A stretch of DNA of 20,000 nucleotides from positions 2,160-22,159 of the forward strand of contig JAJPJS010000008.1 of the NCBI GenBank assembly GCA_021324115.1, written 5' to 3'. A model generated the notes under the pieces. That model had not been told where the DNA came from. It ran no database searches and worked only from the letters and a program-made list of their open reading frames with translations. Below are positions 17,304-20,000 of this stretch, one piece after another. The translations under genes were made by a program, and so were the position numbers. The stretch comes from Nitrososphaerota archaeon. Its GTDB lineage: Archaea > Thermoproteota > Nitrososphaeria > Conexivisphaerales > DTJL01. Within the stretch, counting starts at the first letter, position 1. Every line of letters starts with the position of its first letter.

Positions 17304-19274
17304 GTGGAAACTGTTTATACATCCGTAATACAATACGTCAAATTTGTGGCGCAGACAGCACCATACGGCAGCTGGAGGTCTCCTATCACCTCAGAGTTGA
17401 TCTCCACCAAGGTCACCGCCGTTAGAGAACTCGCGGTGGACGGAAGGACGGCCTACTGGACGGAGTGGAGGCCTTCGGAGGGCGGCCGATACGTTCTGAT
17501 GAAGGGCGCACCCGGTGTCGAGCCGACCGATGCAGTAGCAGGAAATTACAACATAAGGTCGGCGGTACATGAATACGGGGGCGGCGCATTCACGGTTGCT
17601 GCCGGCACGATATACTTTTCAAATCTGAACGACGGCAGAATATACGTTCAGGACAGTGGAGGACTCGTCCGACCCCTTACAGGGGAAGGCATGAAAAGGT
17701 ATGCTGATTTTACATTCGATGCTCAGCGACACAGGCTGATTTGTGTGTGCGAGGACCATACGGTGGATGACAGGAATCCGGTTAACTCCCTCATTTCTGT
17801 GGATGTGAAGACAGGAGAGGAATCAGAACTGTCATCTGGGTATGATTTCTATTCTTCACCTAGGCTAAGCCCCGATGGCTCCAAAGCTGCATGGCTGGCC
17901 TGGAGTCATCCGAACATGCCTTGGGATAGCACCAGTTTGATGGTGGCGAAAGTCAAAGCCGATGGCTCTTTTGAAGATGTTAAAGTGGTTGCAGGAGGCA
18001 ACGGCATCTCGATCTTCCAGCCAGAATGGTCAGGGGACGGGACGTTGTATTACGTTTCTGACAGGTCAGGATGGTGGAACATCTGTAGACTAACCCAAGC
18101 AGGGGAAGAGAATCTTTTGCCCATGGAGGCCGAATTCGGAGTACCCCAGTGGCTGTTCGGATTATCCACGTACGCATTCGTCTCGGATGACAGTTTGATA
18201 TGCACGTATACAAAGGACGGAGTTTGGTATCTTGGAATTCTTGATATCAACAACAGGTCCCTCTCATCGGTTCAGACACCGTACAATTACTTCTCCCACG
18301 TGAAGGCTGTCAGGAATTTCGCCACATTCATAGCAGCTTCATTCACTGAAATTCCCTCGGTAGTGCAGTACAGTGTCTTGGGGAAACTTCTTGAGCTGGT
18401 GTACAGGCCGAAGAACCCGGCGGTGGACCTCGGATATCTTTCTGTCCCCAAACCCATCGAGTTCGGCTCCTCGCAGGGCTGGCAGGGGCACGCCTTTCTA
18501 TACGAAGCTCATAACAAGGACTTCGTGGGACCGAGCGGCCAGAAACCTCCCCTGATCGTTATCTCACATGGTGGGCCCACATCCATGGCGGCCCCGATCA
18601 TGAATCTCGCAATTCAGTTCTGGACAAGCAGGGGATATTCAGTTGTAGACGTCAATTATGGAGGGAGTACAGGGTTCGGCAGACGTTATCGGGAGAGGTT
18701 GAACGGACAGTGGGGGGTAATTGACGTGGATGACTGCATCCGTTGCGCCAAGACGGTGGTGAAAGCGGGAAAGGCGGATGGCGACAGATTGATAATAAGA
18801 GGTGCAAGCGCTGGTGGATTCACCACTCTCTGCGCGCTCACATTCCATAATGACTTCAAGGCGGGTGCGAGCTACTACGGAGTGGGCGACCTGGAAGGGC
18901 TGGCCAGAGATACGCACAAATTCGAATCAAAATACTTGGAAAGGCTGATTGGCCGATACCCCGAATCCCAAAAGCTGTACAGAGAGCGCTCTCCTCTGCA
19001 TCATGCGAACAAAATCTCATGTCCTGTGATCTTCTTCCAGGGACAGGAGGACAGAGTGGTACCACCCGAACAGGCTGAGGCTATGGTTGCAGCATTAAAG
19101 GCGAATGGCATCCCCGTATCATATCTATCGTTTGAGGCGGAAAGGCATGGGTTCGTCAGGTCGGAAACGATCAAGAGGTGTTATGATGCAGAATTGTTCT
19201 TTTATTCTGTGGTACTTAAGATACCTCTCGAAGAGCATGTCGAGCCAATAAGCGTGGAAAACATGAAACGTTGA
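17304..19274 (+). CDS. S9 family peptidase (prolyl oligopeptidase / acylaminoacyl-peptidase-like), 656 aa, GTG start
   Basis: N-terminal beta-propeller-like repeats and a C-terminal alpha/beta hydrolase domain. HGGPTSMAAP, the nucleophile elbow GASAGG, the Asp region GQEDRVVPPEQAE, and the His region ERHGF. Confidence 0.93.
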   Translation: METVYTSVIQYVKFVAQTAPYGSWRSPITSELISTKVTAVRELAVDGRTAYWTEWRPSEGGRYVLMKGAPGVEPTDAVAGNYNIRSAVHEYGGGAFTVAAGTIYFSNLNDGRIYVQDSGGLVRPLTGEGMKRYADFTFDAQRHRLICVCEDHTVDDRNPVNSLISVDVKTGEESELSSGYDFYSSPRLSPDGSKAAWLAWSHPNMPWDSTSLMVAKVKADGSFEDVKVVAGGNGISIFQPEWSGDGTLYYVSDRSGWWNICRLTQAGEENLLPMEAEFGVPQWLFGLSTYAFVSDDSLICTYTKDGVWYLGILDINNRSLSSVQTPYNYFSHVKAVRNFATFIAASFTEIPSVVQYSVLGKLLELVYRPKNPAVDLGYLSVPKPIEFGSSQGWQGHAFLYEAHNKDFVGPSGQKPPLIVISHGGPTSMAAPIMNLAIQFWTSRGYSVVDVNYGGSTGFGRRYRERLNGQWGVIDVDDCIRCAKTVVKAGKADGDRLIIRGASAGGFTTLCALTFHNDFKAGASYYGVGDLEGLARDTHKFESKYLERLIGRYPESQKLYRERSPLHHANKISCPVIFFQGQEDRVVPPEQAEAMVAALKANGIPVSYLSFEAERHGFVRSETIKRCYDAELFFYSVVLKIPLEEHVEPISVENMKR

Positions 19275-19313
19275 CACCTCCGGTACGAAACACACAAGAG
19301 TTACTGCTAAACC

Positions 19314-19322
19314 TTAAATAAC
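19314..19322 (+). promoter_or_regulatory. candidate TATA box for the EF-1alpha gene
   Basis: TTAAATAAC (within CCTTAAATAA) lies about 40-48 nt upstream of the ATG at 19362 and follows the end of the S9 peptidase ORF. Confidence 0.5.
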
Positions 19323-19361
19323 GTTTTCTTTAACCCAACGACAGTTTAGGGTGTATTACGA

Positions 19362-20000
19362 ATGCCAGATAAGCCACACATGAATCTCGTGATCACTGGT
19401 CACATCGACCATGGAAAATCGACCACGATGGGCCACTTCCTGTTCAATCTGGGAGTGGTGGACGACAGACTGATTGAGGAATATGCAAAGCAGTCGGAGC
19501 AGACTGGGAAGGGTGATACCTTCAAGTTCGCATGGGTGCTTGATGAGCTCAAGGAGGAAAGGGAAAGAGGCATCACGGTTGACCTCGCATTCCAGAAATT
19601 TGAAACCAAGAAGTATTCTTGGACACTGATTGATGCCCCTGGTCATCGCGATTTCGTAAAGAACATGATAACCGGGGCGAGCGAGGCCGATGCTGCAGTC
19701 CTTGTGGTATCTGGCAAGGAGGGTGAGACCGAAGCGGGTCTTTCCGAAGGAGGTCAGACGAGGGAACACGCTTTCCTGCTCAAGACGCTGGGCGTGAACC
19801 AGCTGGTTGTTCTCATCAACAAGATCGATACATTCAATCCTCCCTATTCGCAGCAGGCCTTTGAGAAGGTAAAAGAAGAGGTCTCCAAGCTTCTGAAGCT
19901 TGTGGGGTACAAACCTGAAACACTGGATTTCATACCGGTTTCAGGCTGGAAGGGTGACAATCTGACCGAAAGGTCCACCAACACCCCGTGGTACAAGGGC
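19362..20000 (+). CDS. tuf: translation elongation factor 1-alpha (EF-Tu family), truncated by the window edge
   Basis: Manual translation: [124 protein letters not shown]...NKID. It contains the G1 [10 protein letters not shown]3 DAPGH and G4 NKID motifs. Confidence 0.97.
   Translation, partial: MPDKPHMNLVITGHIDHGKSTTMGHFLFNLGVVDDRLIEEYAKQSEQTGKGDTFKFAWVLDELKEERERGITVDLAFQKFETKKYSWTLIDAPGHRDFVKNMITGASEADAAVLVVSGKEGETEAGLSEGGQTREHAFLLKTLGVNQLVVLINKIDTFNPPYSQQAFEKVKEEVSKLLKLVGYKPETLDFIPVSGWKGDNLTERSTNTPWYKG

Noticed and set aside
1-20000. CRISPR arrays, transposases, toxin-antitoxin or defence clusters
   Set aside because: I saw no regularly spaced repeats, no IS-like inverted repeats flanking ORFs, and no recognisable defence or mobility proteins on reading both strands.

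Overview
This is a housekeeping region of an archaeal chromosome. Three things point to a Thaumarchaeota/Aigarchaeota-related (Nitrososphaeria-like) lineage, which is my inference: an unsplit RpoA, an unsplit RpoB, and an EF-1alpha N-terminus of the form [22 protein letters not shown]...[26 protein letters not shown]. Contents in order: the 3' end of an ATPase-like gene; a roughly 600 bp pyrimidine-skewed non-coding stretch; tRNA-Val(TAC) (-); a small hypothetical ORF (+); a coaD-pheS-pheT cluster (-); type II methionine aminopeptidase (+); a small zinc-ribbon protein and a DUF1512-like membrane protein (-); an orphan 5S rRNA gene (-); and a long + strand block rpoH-rpoB-rpoA(fused)-rpl30e-nusA-like-rps12-rps7-S9 peptidase-EF1A (truncated by the window edge). 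I found no CRISPR array, defence system, transposase or other clearly novel system. The most noteworthy observations are: (1) pheT, and probably pheS, have no ATG/GTG/TTG at the expected N-terminus; (2) rpoA is a single gene; (3) the RpoB C-terminal zinc ribbon lacks its fourth Cys; (4) an S9-family peptidase gene sits between rps7 and the EF-1alpha gene.
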